Shown: positions 40,057 through 50,160 of the stretch, one piece after another
Layout of the letters: the number at the start of each line of letters is the position of its first letter
How positions within the stretch are numbered: position 1 is the first letter of the stretch
The notes under the pieces: generated by a model
The model's database searches: none
What the model was told of the DNA's origin: nothing
Seen by the model: the letters and a program-made list of their open reading frames with translations, nothing else
Translations under genes and position numbers: made by a program
Assembly (NCBI GenBank): GCA_050259235.1
Contig: JBLNAG010000004.1
Location: forward strand, 8,591 to 72,590
Length of the DNA stretch: 64,000 bases
DNA from: Ignavibacteriales bacterium
GTDB taxonomy: Bacteria > Bacillota_I > Bacilli_A > RF39 > UBA660
Reading direction: 5' to 3'

Positions 40057-41937
40057 TTATGAACTTTTTTCTTTGTATATATATAATTTATCTAGTGTTC
40101 TAGTAAAGGCAACATACCTTTCAATATCATTTAAATCATAATCAATTACAATTACTTTAGAAAACTCTAATCCTTTAGCAGTTCTAACATTATATACTTC
40201 ATATTCATTCTGTAATAGTTCTTTAATTATCTTGTCATCATTAGTTATAATAACAATTGATTTATTATCAAAATTGTTTTTAATATCAGTAACAATTTCT
40301 TTATATGAAATATTTATCTCAATAACTTCATCACTACTAATTCCCATTGGAACCATTTTCTTATTAATGAATTTATTACAGTAATCAGTTATTTGTCTAG
40401 TATTACGATAATTTTCGTTTAATTCATAATAGAGAACTCTTTCTGTTTTTAAATTATCTTTTAATAATGTAATAAGTTCATCAATTGTTTTAGCATTGAT
40501 AAAATTATTAATATTTTGATGAATATCACCATATAGATTTAAATATGGTTTTTTTTCAATATTGATAATATTTATTATTTCATTATTAGCATAATCTTGC
40601 ATTTCATCAATAAACATATATTTAAATTGATTTACAGTATTAAAACCATATTTATCATAAATATATATTAGAATAAAAGCATTATATTTATATATTGTTT
40701 TATTATTTATCCAATTTGGTTTAGTATTAAATTCTAATTTTAAGTTTTGATAAATTCGATCCTTTATTTTTTTAACACTTTCGCGTTTTAATAATTCTCT
40801 TGTTTCATTTAATAAATATTGATAATTATCTCTTTCTTCAAAAGTATTCCAACCATCATTATCAAGTGTTTTTTTAATTTTGGTACTTATTTGAAGAAGA
40901 CTGTTATAGATATTTGATATATCAAATGAAATATTTAATTTCTTAAGTTTTAAAATATATTCTATAAAGTAATTATTTATTTCTTTATCTATAGTCTTTT
41001 TAAATTCATCACTATATACTTTTGATAGTAAAGCAGATTGTTTAGAATCATCTTTAATAATGCTTGTTACTTTTATACCAGGTAATAATGTTTTAATTTT
41101 AAGTAAGTAATATTGTTCCATTGATATCATTAGAATATCAGTTAAAGAAAGACTTCTATTTATCGAAGCCAGTTTAGTTTTAAATATTTCGGATGGTGTA
41201 ATAAAAATAATTTTTTTAGGGTCAATATTAGGATTATTATAGAGTAGGTAGGATATCTTGTGAAGTAATACAACTGTTTTTCCACTACCCGCAACCCCTT
41301 GGACAATAGCATTACTGGTAAAATCATCTCTAATAATACTATTTTGATTACTTTGAATAGTTCTAATGATATCGGAAAATTCATCCCGATTTTTCTTTTG
41401 TTCCAAAACTTTGAGTAAAAAAGTATCGGTAACGTTAATATCGTTACCGGTTTTATATTGGTCATAACAATCAATTAGTTTTGAATCTTTAATTTCAATT
41501 TGTCTTTTTAAGTTTAGTTCGTAAGATGTTTCATTAAATTTGTAATTAGTTTGATTAGCCATATAATAGAGGTTTGCTACTGGACTACGCCAATCATATA
41601 CTAGTGTTTTTTGATCAGTACTAGTGATTCCTTTTTCTCCAATATACATAATCAAGTTTTCTACTTTACTGTTTTCTTGAAGTTCTAAATCCATTCTTCC
41701 AAAGTGAGTGCTTCTTCTTAAATCAACAAGTTTAAGTTTCTTATCAATACTATCATAGTATTCTCTCACATATCTTCCATATATTCCTTTGTCTTCCTTA
41801 TCAGGTATTCCAATGTCATCAATTTGTTTTTTAGCAAACGCTTTGTTGTTTTCAACTTCCTTTATTTTGGCATCAATATTTCCTAATACCTTATCTAGAT
41901 ATATCTGTTCTTCTTGAAGAATGTCTTTTTTATTCAT
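40057..41937 (-). CDS. UvrD-like superfamily 1 helicase, HelD (helicase IV)-like
   Basis: N-terminal coiled region plus LVYDWRSPVANLYY, Walker A GVAGSGKT, motif II FIDEMQDY and C-terminal AKGLEFSKVIVID. Confidence 0.6.
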   Translation of the reverse strand: MNKKDILQEEQIYLDKVLGNIDAKIKEVENNKAFAKKQIDDIGIPDKEDKGIYGRYVREYYDSIDKKLKLVDLRRSTHFGRMDLELQENSKVENLIMYIGEKGITSTDQKTLVYDWRSPVANLYYMANQTNYKFNETSYELNLKRQIEIKDSKLIDCYDQYKTGNDINVTDTFLLKVLEQKKNRDEFSDIIRTIQSNQNSIIRDDFTSNAIVQGVAGSGKTVVLLHKISYLLYNNPNIDPKKIIFITPSEIFKTKLASINRSLSLTDILMISMEQYYLLKIKTLLPGIKVTSIIKDDSKQSALLSKVYSDEFKKTIDKEINNYFIEYILKLKKLNISFDISNIYNSLLQISTKIKKTLDNDGWNTFEERDNYQYLLNETRELLKRESVKKIKDRIYQNLKLEFNTKPNWINNKTIYKYNAFILIYIYDKYGFNTVNQFKYMFIDEMQDYANNEIINIINIEKKPYLNLYGDIHQNINNFINAKTIDELITLLKDNLKTERVLYYELNENYRNTRQITDYCNKFINKKMVPMGISSDEVIEINISYKEIVTDIKNNFDNKSIVIITNDDKIIKELLQNEYEVYNVRTAKGLEFSKVIVIDYDLNDIERYVAFTRTLDKLYIYKEKSS

Positions 41938-42101
41938 AAAACACCTCAAATCACCAATAAATTATATCATACATAATAATCAATATAAAGATTTTTTTTT
42001 ATTTATTTTAATTTAGTTTCAAAACCAATAAATACAAAGAAAAAACAATTGATAATCGCATATATATATGATAGAATAATACTGTAACAGGAGGAATAAA
42101 T

Positions 42102-42623
42102 ATGGAAAAGTATGTTCCTGATATGTATCAAAAAAGTATATATTCAATAGACTATCAAAATATAATTGACTGTGGTATTAAATGTCTATTATTTGACTTA
42201 GATAATACCATTGCTCCAATTGGAATACATGAACCAACTAAAAAGACTAAGGACTTATTTAAAAAGTTAAAAGAAAAAGGTTTTAAATTAGTAATATTTT
42301 CTAATAGTGGTAAAAAAAGATTAAAACCATTTAAAGAAATATTAGATGTAGATTGTTGTGCATCAGCTATGAAACCATTTAGTGGTAATTTTTTAAAGGT
42401 ATTAAAAGAATATGATTTAGATGTTAGTGAAGTAGCGATTATTGGTGACCAAATATTAACCGATATTGTTGGAGGAAATACTGTTGGAATTACAACTATT
42501 TTAATTAACCCAGTTAGTACTAATGATCAATTATTTACTAAGTTTAATCGTATCCTTGAAAGACGTATTATTAATAGATTAAGTAAGAGAAATTTGTTCT
42601 TTAAGGGAAAATACTATGAATAA
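42102..42623 (+). CDS. yqeG: YqeG-family HAD-IIIA phosphatase
   Basis: LLFDLDNTI and IGDQILTDIVGGN. Upstream of and overlapping yqeH. Confidence 0.8.
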   Translation: MEKYVPDMYQKSIYSIDYQNIIDCGIKCLLFDLDNTIAPIGIHEPTKKTKDLFKKLKEKGFKLVIFSNSGKKRLKPFKEILDVDCCASAMKPFSGNFLKVLKEYDLDVSEVAIIGDQILTDIVGGNTVGITTILINPVSTNDQLFTKFNRILERRIINRLSKRNLFFKGKYYE

Positions 42624-43593
42624 GAAGTGTTTAGGTTGTGGGGCAATTCTACAAGAAGAAGATACATCATTAGAAGGATATGTTATTGGTGACCATGATA
42701 TTTGTGAAAGATGTCATCGCATAAGAAATTATGGTGAATATAAAAGTAGTATTAAAAATAATGATACTTTTATTAGTATATTAGATAATATTAATAACTC
42801 TAAATCATTGGTGATTTTGGTTGTAGATGTATTTGATTTAAAGGAAAATTATAATATTTTTAAAAGTCATTTAAAAAATCCTCTTTTATTAGTACTTACT
42901 AAGAGAGACCTTTTACCTAGATCTTACAATGATGAAAAATTATTAAATTATTTAGATATTGAATGTGTGGATAAAATTGTAGTAAGTAGTATAAAAAATT
43001 ATAATTTTGATGAATTAATTAATAAAATAAGAAGAAATCAAACTGATAAAAATGTCTATGTAGTAGGATATACTAATGATGGTAAGTCAACTTTAATAAA
43101 TAAATTAATATATAATTATTCTGATAATTTACCAAGTATTACAACTAGTAATTTTCCTTCAACTACTTTAAATAGTATTGAAATAAAATTTGATGAAAAT
43201 TTAACTATTATAGATACACCTGGTTTATTAGATGAAGGAAATATGGAAAATTATTTTGATTTAATTAAGACTATTGTTCCTAAGAAAGAAATAAAACCAC
43301 TTACATACACCATTAATATTGATCAAACATTCTTAATTAATGATTTTGCTAGAATTGATATTAAAAAGGGTAATACAATAACTATGTATATATCTAATAC
43401 TTTAAAAATCGATCGTATTTATAAAAATAATGATTATTTAAGTAATTTAGAGAAACATATTATAGATGTTGATAGCAATAATGATGTAGTAATTAGTGGT
43501 TTAGGCTTTATTAGAATAAAAAATAAAACTAGATTAACGATATATACTTTAAAGGGAGTAAATGTTTTTATGCGAAAAGCATTAATTTCATAG
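42616..43593 (+). CDS. yqeH: ribosome biogenesis GTPase YqeH (circularly permuted)
   Basis: N-terminal zinc ribbon CLGCG..CERCH; TKRDL precedes GYTNDGKSTLINKL; DTPG is present. Confidence 0.75.
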   Translation: MNKKCLGCGAILQEEDTSLEGYVIGDHDICERCHRIRNYGEYKSSIKNNDTFISILDNINNSKSLVILVVDVFDLKENYNIFKSHLKNPLLLVLTKRDLLPRSYNDEKLLNYLDIECVDKIVVSSIKNYNFDELINKIRRNQTDKNVYVVGYTNDGKSTLINKLIYNYSDNLPSITTSNFPSTTLNSIEIKFDENLTIIDTPGLLDEGNMENYFDLIKTIVPKKEIKPLTYTINIDQTFLINDFARIDIKKGNTITMYISNTLKIDRIYKNNDYLSNLEKHIIDVDSNNDVVISGLGFIRIKNKTRLTIYTLKGVNVFMRKALIS

Positions 43594-43652
43594 ATTACTC
43601 TTTTTTTTTGTCTTAAAATTTTGTATAATAATAATTAAGATAGAGGTGGCAT

Positions 43653-45425
43653 ATGTTAGGGACAATTGTTGGTACTGAAGAGAATCAAGTTTTAATTAAG
43701 CTTAATGTTAATTTGGATCAATTACCAAATCTAGTCAACTTTCATGTTATTATGGAGGATACTGAAAAGAAGATTGTTGGTGAAATTACTGATATCAAAG
43801 ATGGTATAGCGTATACTAATCTACTGGGAGAAATCATTGATAATCGTTTTGTTTTTGGGGTTATTAGAAAACCTTCTTTTGCATCTAGTGTAAAACTTAT
43901 CTCTAAAGAAAAAATGCCTTTAATTATTGGCATTGAAAATTATCGCGATGATCTTCATTTATACATAGGTGAAAGTCCAATATATGAAGGGATTAAATTA
44001 GGAGTAAATATTAATGACTTCTTTAGTAATCATTTTGCTATTTTTGGTTCTACTGGATCTGGTAAATCAAGTAGTGTAGCAAGAATTTTTCAAAATCTAT
44101 TTGAAAAAAATCAAAGTGTTCCTTACAAGGCAAGCATTTTTATCTTTGATGCTTATGGTGAATATCATCAAGCATTTAAAGATTTAAATAAAAAAGTTCC
44201 AGAAATTAGTATGAAAGCATATACAACTAATACGTATTTTAATGATACTGATTTATTAAAAATACCATTATGGTTATTAGGAGTTGATGATTTTGCCCTT
44301 CTTTTGGGAGCGGAAAAACCGTCACAATTACCAATTGTTGAAAAAACTTTAAAATTAGTTACTATTTTTGCAAGACAAGAAGAATTAGTTATTAAACATA
44401 AAAATGATATTATTGCTAGAGCTGTCTTAGATATTTTATCTAGTGGTAGACCACCTGCTCAAATAAGAGACCAAGTATTTTCTGTTTTGTCTTACTATAA
44501 AACTAGTGAATTAAATCTTGAAACTCCTGTTTTTCAACCAGGGTATACAAGACCTCTAAAACAATGTTTATTAATAGATGCTTCTGGTAAGATTAGAGAA
44601 ATGGAATTACTAACTAATTTTATTGAATCATTCTTAGTTGATAATTTAGAGTTATCATTACCTGATGGTACTTTTACATATACTTTGAAAGATGTAAAGG
44701 ATGCCATGGATTTTGCTTTAATTTCTGAAGGAGTATTAAAGAGTGAAAAAGTATATGATGATGTTAATGTCTTAAAAGTAAGATTACATAGTTTAGTTAA
44801 TAGTGATTATCATGTATATTTTGATTATCCTGAGTATATTTCAAAGGAACAATTTATCAAGCGTTTAATGACTTCAGTGGATGGTAAAAAAGCCCAAATT
44901 ATAAACTTTAATATCAATTATGTTGATGATAGATTTGCTAAAGTTATTACTAAAATATATTCTAAATTATTATTTGATTATACGAAAGACTTATCTAAGA
45001 GAGCTACTTTCCCAATTCATATAATTTTAGAAGAAGCTCACCGTTATGTTCAAAATGATAATGATATTAATTTATTGGGGTATAATATTTTTGAAAGAAT
45101 AACTAAGGAAGGTAGAAAGTATGGTATTATTTTAGGCCTTATTTCGCAAAGACCTTCTGAATTATCAGAAACTGCTATATCACAATGTAGTAATTTCTTA
45201 ATCTTTAAGATGCTTCATCCTAAGGATATTGATTACATTAAGGAAATGACTCCAAACATTACCAATGAAACTATAAAAAAATTGAAGGTGTTACAACCTG
45301 GTACTTGTGTGGCATTTGGGCAAGCTTTTAAAATTCCAGTAATTATTAAGTTATCTATGCCTGATCCAGCCCCAGCAAGTAATAGTTCAGATATAAGTGC
45401 TAATTGGTTTATCAATAGAACTTAA
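43653..45425 (+). CDS. HerA/DUF87-like P-loop ATPase, paralog 2
   Basis: Walker A GSTGSGKS, IILEEAHRYV, KEGRKYG and ISQRP. Aligns end to end with 25264-27030. Confidence 0.7.
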   Translation: MLGTIVGTEENQVLIKLNVNLDQLPNLVNFHVIMEDTEKKIVGEITDIKDGIAYTNLLGEIIDNRFVFGVIRKPSFASSVKLISKEKMPLIIGIENYRDDLHLYIGESPIYEGIKLGVNINDFFSNHFAIFGSTGSGKSSSVARIFQNLFEKNQSVPYKASIFIFDAYGEYHQAFKDLNKKVPEISMKAYTTNTYFNDTDLLKIPLWLLGVDDFALLLGAEKPSQLPIVEKTLKLVTIFARQEELVIKHKNDIIARAVLDILSSGRPPAQIRDQVFSVLSYYKTSELNLETPVFQPGYTRPLKQCLLIDASGKIREMELLTNFIESFLVDNLELSLPDGTFTYTLKDVKDAMDFALISEGVLKSEKVYDDVNVLKVRLHSLVNSDYHVYFDYPEYISKEQFIKRLMTSVDGKKAQIINFNINYVDDRFAKVITKIYSKLLFDYTKDLSKRATFPIHIILEEAHRYVQNDNDINLLGYNIFERITKEGRKYGIILGLISQRPSELSETAISQCSNFLIFKMLHPKDIDYIKEMTPNITNETIKKLKVLQPGTCVAFGQAFKIPVIIKLSMPDPAPASNSSDISANWFINRT

Positions 45426-45478
45426 CTTGTGTTAGAGAGCTAAAAGTGCTATAATTATTTCTGGTTTGAGGTGATATA

Positions 45479-47494
45479 TTGAAAGAAATAATCAATAGAT
45501 ATATATTAAACGCTAAAAAATATGTAGGAACAAGTATCTTGTTCTTTACATTTTTAATAACAACTTTATTTAATGGCTGGCTATTAAGGTTTTTTACAGT
45601 TAAAAATTCTTTTGACATAAAACCATTATTAGCTGATCTAGTTATTATATTAATTGTTGGAGCATTAGGATATTTTATTAAACCCAAAAATCAGTTTAAA
45701 TACTATTTTGGATTTTCTATTTTATTCACGGCTATATGTGTAATAAATTCTGTTTATTATACAAATTATTTATCATTTGCATCATTTTCTTTAATTGCTA
45801 CTTCACTACAACTTGTTGATGTAGCGGATGCAGTTATAGGACAAGTGCTAGAAAAAAAGGATTTTATTTATATCTTTGCACCAATACTATTATTTGTTAT
45901 TAATATGTATTTGAGAAAAAGAAAATATTTTGACTATGTAGAAAAAGTTGAAAAGGGAAAACTAAGAGCTTTAAACACTTTGATTGTTGCTTTAGTTACT
46001 TTAGGTTTCTATATGTCAATGGTGACTGGTGTAGATCTTAGTAGATTAGGTAAACAATGGAATAGAGAGTTTGTCGTAATGCAATTTGGTGTATATGTAT
46101 ATCAAATTAATGATTTAGTTGCGAGTATAAAACCACAAATAAGTCCATTATTTGGTTATGATAAAGCTGCTAAAACATTTAGAGAATATTATGACAATAA
46201 TACCACTGAACATACTCCAAATGAATATACTGATATTTTTAAAGGTAAAAATATTATTATGATTCATGCTGAAAGTATTCAACAATTTTTATTAAATACA
46301 TCATTTAATAATATTCCAGTTACTCCTAATTTAAATAGATTAGCGAGTGAAGGATTATATTTCTCTAATTTCTATGCCCAAGAAAGTGTAGGAACTAGTA
46401 GTGATAGTGAGTTTACAATAAATACTTCACTTATGCCAGCTACTAGTGGAACTGTATTTGTAAGTTATTGGGATAGAAAATATGTCGCTACACCACAAAT
46501 ATTAAGTAATATGGGTTATTATACCTTTAGTATGCATGGTAATAAAGCCGCATTCTGGAATAGAAGTGTAGTCCATCCATTACTTGGGTATCAACATTTC
46601 TATGCTTATGATGAAGCATATAAGTTAGATGAAATGATTGGATTAGGATTAAGTGATAAATCATTCTTTAGACAAAGTGTACCAATTATAAAAGAAATAA
46701 GTGAAACAAAACAAAATTTCTTTGCAACATTAATAATGTTATCAAATCATACACCATTTACTGATGTTGAAAAAACAAGTGATTATGAAGTGGATTATAA
46801 GTATGAACAAGTTAATCCAATAACTGGAGCAAAAGAAATAGTTAGTGCACCATATCTAGAAGGTACTAAACTTGGTAGTTATATTAAATCAGTTCATTAT
46901 GCTGATGATGCAATTGGACAATTTATGAATGATTTAGATGCTGCTGGTATTTTAGATAATACTGTTGTTATCATTTATGGTGATCATGATGCTAAGTTAA
47001 GAAAATCAGAATTTGTTAAATATTATAATTATGATCCATATACGGATACTATTTTAGATAAGGATGATGAAAAATATAAACCAGTTGATTTTTATTCTTA
47101 TGAGTTAAATCGTAAAGTACCATTTATTATCTGGTCAAAAAATAAAAAATTTGCTACAGAAGTAACTAAAGTAATGGGAATGTATGATGTGGCTCCAACT
47201 ATAGGAAACATGTTTGGATTCTCTAATCCTTATGCATTAGGACATGATATATTTAGTATTAATGAAAATGTAGTAGTGTTTCCTGATGGGAATTGGTTGA
47301 CAAATAAAATGTATTATAACAACCAAAAAGAAGAAGGATTATTACTTCAAGCAGATGAACCAGTAAGTGTTGATTACATTGAAAAATATACGAAATATGC
47401 TGAAGAAGTAATTGATGTATCAGATGCTATCATTGTTCACGATTTGATTAGAAAAAAAGAAGAATCTGAAAAGATGTTAAAAGAATATAAATAA
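45479..47494 (+). CDS. ltaS: lipoteichoic acid synthase family protein (LtaS-type sulfatase)
   Basis: TTG start follows GAGGTGA. Five N-terminal TM segments plus an extracellular sulfatase domain (MHAESIQQF, GTSSDSEF, SNHTPF, YGDHD). Confidence 0.8.
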   Translation: MKEIINRYILNAKKYVGTSILFFTFLITTLFNGWLLRFFTVKNSFDIKPLLADLVIILIVGALGYFIKPKNQFKYYFGFSILFTAICVINSVYYTNYLSFASFSLIATSLQLVDVADAVIGQVLEKKDFIYIFAPILLFVINMYLRKRKYFDYVEKVEKGKLRALNTLIVALVTLGFYMSMVTGVDLSRLGKQWNREFVVMQFGVYVYQINDLVASIKPQISPLFGYDKAAKTFREYYDNNTTEHTPNEYTDIFKGKNIIMIHAESIQQFLLNTSFNNIPVTPNLNRLASEGLYFSNFYAQESVGTSSDSEFTINTSLMPATSGTVFVSYWDRKYVATPQILSNMGYYTFSMHGNKAAFWNRSVVHPLLGYQHFYAYDEAYKLDEMIGLGLSDKSFFRQSVPIIKEISETKQNFFATLIMLSNHTPFTDVEKTSDYEVDYKYEQVNPITGAKEIVSAPYLEGTKLGSYIKSVHYADDAIGQFMNDLDAAGILDNTVVIIYGDHDAKLRKSEFVKYYNYDPYTDTILDKDDEKYKPVDFYSYELNRKVPFIIWSKNKKFATEVTKVMGMYDVAPTIGNMFGFSNPYALGHDIFSINENVVVFPDGNWLTNKMYYNNQKEEGLLLQADEPVSVDYIEKYTKYAEEVIDVSDAIIVHDLIRKKEESEKMLKEYK

Positions 47495-47498
47495 TATA

Positions 47499-47530
47499 TA
47501 AAAACTTCTATTTGATATAGAAGTTTTTTT
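47499..47530. terminator. bidirectional terminator between ltaS and the convergent TasA-like gene
   Basis: AAAAACTTCTAT-TTGA-TATAGAAGTTTTT with A and T runs on both sides. Confidence 0.7.
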
Positions 47531-47531
47531 A

Positions 47532-48026
47532 TTAAGTAGCTTGAATATAATCAATTGTTACATCAAAATTAACATCTTGGGGTTTGGCAGTTACTGAATT
47601 AGCATTCCACGTTACAACGATAGAGCCTGCTGTTGTACCCCCAACAGCTAATGTTGTTCCTTCAATATTGGCTAAATTATTAATAGTGATAGTAAAGTCT
47701 TGAGTGCTGTTTTCATTAATAACTAAATGATCTACTGTTGCAGCTAAACTACCAGTATTTTTAATAGTAAAATTAATAGTTACTGTATCACCTGGATAAC
47801 TAAGATCAGAACTAATTGCTAATGAAGTATTATCTTGACTTAAAGTGGCTGTTGCTCTTGTTGGATCTGATATTGAAAAGTCAGAAAACTCTATTTTAAA
47901 ATCCCCAGCCCCAGTAGCAGTACCAGTTATATTTAAATTAGCGGCTAACAAGGCATATACTCCAGTTAAAACAAAAGTAAAAATAATTAAACCAATTACA
48001 AAAAATCTAACTCTTTTATTACGCAT
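47532..48026 (-). CDS. secreted TasA/BsaA-like protein with SipW-type signal peptide (putative)
   Basis: Basic N-terminus and TM segment, then GVYALLAANLNITG. The rest is Thr/Asn-rich and looks like a beta-sandwich. Adjacent to a SipW-like peptidase. Confidence 0.55.
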   Translation of the reverse strand: MRNKRVRFFVIGLIIFTFVLTGVYALLAANLNITGTATGAGDFKIEFSDFSISDPTRATATLSQDNTSLAISSDLSYPGDTVTINFTIKNTGSLAATVDHLVINENSTQDFTITINNLANIEGTTLAVGGTTAGSIVVTWNANSVTAKPQDVNFDVTIDYIQAT

Positions 48027-48166
48027 ATTTTCAACTCCTTACGTTACATTTATATTATGTCTATAAATTAGAGATAAAATTCATGTATTTGTAAAAATGT
48101 ATAGTCATATATAGATGGGATATAATAAAAAGGAATAATAAATATCAATAGTTTAGGGGTAAAAAT

Positions 48167-48981
48167 ATGAGAAGAAGATATAAAAAAAAAAAATATTATT
48201 AAAATTTTCTCTTTTCTTTATCCTTTTTTCAACTATTATTGGAGTTAGTTATTCTTTACTACAACAAAGTCTTAATATTAGTGGAAATGTAAAAGGTAAC
48301 TATATTAGTGAAAATTATACAATTACGCCAGATAGTAATCCTAGTTTGGAAATCACTAGTTTTTCTACTAACAGATGGAAGGAATCTGGTTTAGAACAAA
48401 CACAATATCGTTTTATTGTCACAAATAAAGGTAATAAAAGGATAACTAATTTTAGAATGGTAATTGATTTTAATAATAATATAAATAGTGTTACTATTTT
48501 AAATTATGATTATACATTATCTTCTAATATATTAACCATAATTAATAATAATTATGTATTACAACCAGGTGGGCAACAAGAAGTTACTTTTACTGTTGCT
48601 ACAAGTTTTCAAAATCTAAGAATAAGAACAATAAGATTTGTTGTAAATGAAATTCCTACAGAAACAGATCCAACTCAATTCACCGTTCTTTTTACTAAAA
48701 CTAGTGAATCAGGAACATATAATTATCAATATACAGGAACAGTTACAAACAAGACAGGAAATAGAGTTGATTATTGGCAATTAGATATTATTCTTCCCGT
48801 AGGTACTACTTTTGTAGATGGTTCAAATGCAACGTTTCAAGCGAGTGGCAATACTCTTTTAGTTATATGTTTAGGTGCTAATTGTAGAGTAACTAACAAT
48901 AAGAGTACTTCATTTACTTTACAATTAAAAACTGACATTATTAATTTCATTCCAAGTAATATAAAGGTGACCGTGAGGTAG
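48167..48981 (+). pseudogene. secreted protein with SipW-type signal peptide and two CBM2-like beta-sandwich modules; reading frame interrupted at an A12 tract (phase-variable or pseudogene)
   Basis: ATG at 48167 gives MRRRYKKKKYY-stop. The downstream frame is open from 48184 and encodes ILLKFSLFFILFSTIIGVSYSLLQQSLNISGNVKGNY, continuing into the 48346-48981 track ORF. A13 or A10 would fuse the two frames. Confidence 0.65.
48182..48193 (+). repeat. homopolymeric A12 tract at codons 6-9 of the gene
   Basis: Counted directly: nine A at 48182-48190 plus three A at 48191-48193. Confidence 0.9.
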
Positions 48982-48984
48982 TAT

Positions 48985-50151
48985 ATGAAAAAATTTATTT
49001 TTATATTAATGTTAATAATAATATTTATGTATATATTTTCCTATAAAATATTTTTTATATTTGGTGATGAAGCAATAAAATATATTATTAATCCTGTTAT
49101 ATGGATAGTTTTAGCTTTAATTAGTTTTTTATTATATAAAAAGAATAATACCATTGCTAAATATCAGAAAGATATAATTTATATAATTATAGGAAGTTCA
49201 CTATTATATATAATTATCTTTTTCACTTTAGGTTTATTTATTGGATATACAAAGAATCCATATTCATTTACTATAAGTGGTATTATTATTAATTTATTTA
49301 GTATTTTATTAGTTGTGTTAATTAAAGAATATATTAGATATCTCTTATTAATGGAATCAAAAAAATATGGTATTTTATATTTAATTGTAATATTTTTTAT
49401 ATTTGTATTATCAGATATAAATATTATTTCATTAGTTAAGTCCTTAGCCAATTTTTCTAATAGTTTTGATGTTATAGGTGAATTAATAGTTCCGGTTTTA
49501 TCTATTAATATTTGGATGACTTATCTTTGTTATAGAAGTAACTTTGTTCCCGCAGCAATATATAGAAGTATTGTTCTATTACCAACTTTAATTATTCCTA
49601 TTTTGCCAAAATATGAATGGATAATTCCAACTTTATTTGATATTTTATTTCCCTTATTTACTTACTTAATAATTGAATATACCATTAATAAACAAAATAA
49701 AATGGTTCCGCATGAAGTGATAGAGCAATCTAATCCTCGTAATTGGATTGTGACCTTTATAGTAACTATTCTAATTATAATGTTTGGATTAGGTACTTTT
49801 GATATAAAACCTTCAGTAATAATTACTGCTAGTATGAAGCCTGATATTAATCCTGGAGATGTAGTCATTATTGAAAAAATTGATATTAAGAGTATAAAAG
49901 CTGGGGATATTATTCAATATAAAATGAGTGATTATAGTATTGTACATAGGGTTGTAAATATACTTAATGATGGTAATAATATTTATTTAATAACTAAAGG
50001 TGATAATAACAAGTCAGCAGATAGAAATCCTGTTAAGGAAGATCAAATAATGGGACGGGTTAAATATCATATACCATTACTAGGTTATCCATCATATCTA
50101 CTACAAAAACTTATTAATAAAAAGGATGTGGAAGTGGAAACGGGAAAATAG
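48985..50151 (+). CDS. SipW-type (S26B) signal peptidase I fused to a ~240-aa N-terminal polytopic membrane domain
   Basis: The C-terminal third carries ITASMKPDINPGDVV (catalytic Ser), IVHRV (His) and ITKGDNN. It is preceded by ~7 hydrophobic segments with no recognised motif. Confidence 0.7.
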   Translation: MKKFIFILMLIIIFMYIFSYKIFFIFGDEAIKYIINPVIWIVLALISFLLYKKNNTIAKYQKDIIYIIIGSSLLYIIIFFTLGLFIGYTKNPYSFTISGIIINLFSILLVVLIKEYIRYLLLMESKKYGILYLIVIFFIFVLSDINIISLVKSLANFSNSFDVIGELIVPVLSINIWMTYLCYRSNFVPAAIYRSIVLLPTLIIPILPKYEWIIPTLFDILFPLFTYLIIEYTINKQNKMVPHEVIEQSNPRNWIVTFIVTILIIMFGLGTFDIKPSVIITASMKPDINPGDVVIIEKIDIKSIKAGDIIQYKMSDYSIVHRVVNILNDGNNIYLITKGDNNKSADRNPVKEDQIMGRVKYHIPLLGYPSYLLQKLINKKDVEVETGK

Positions 50152-50160
50152 GTGATTAAT

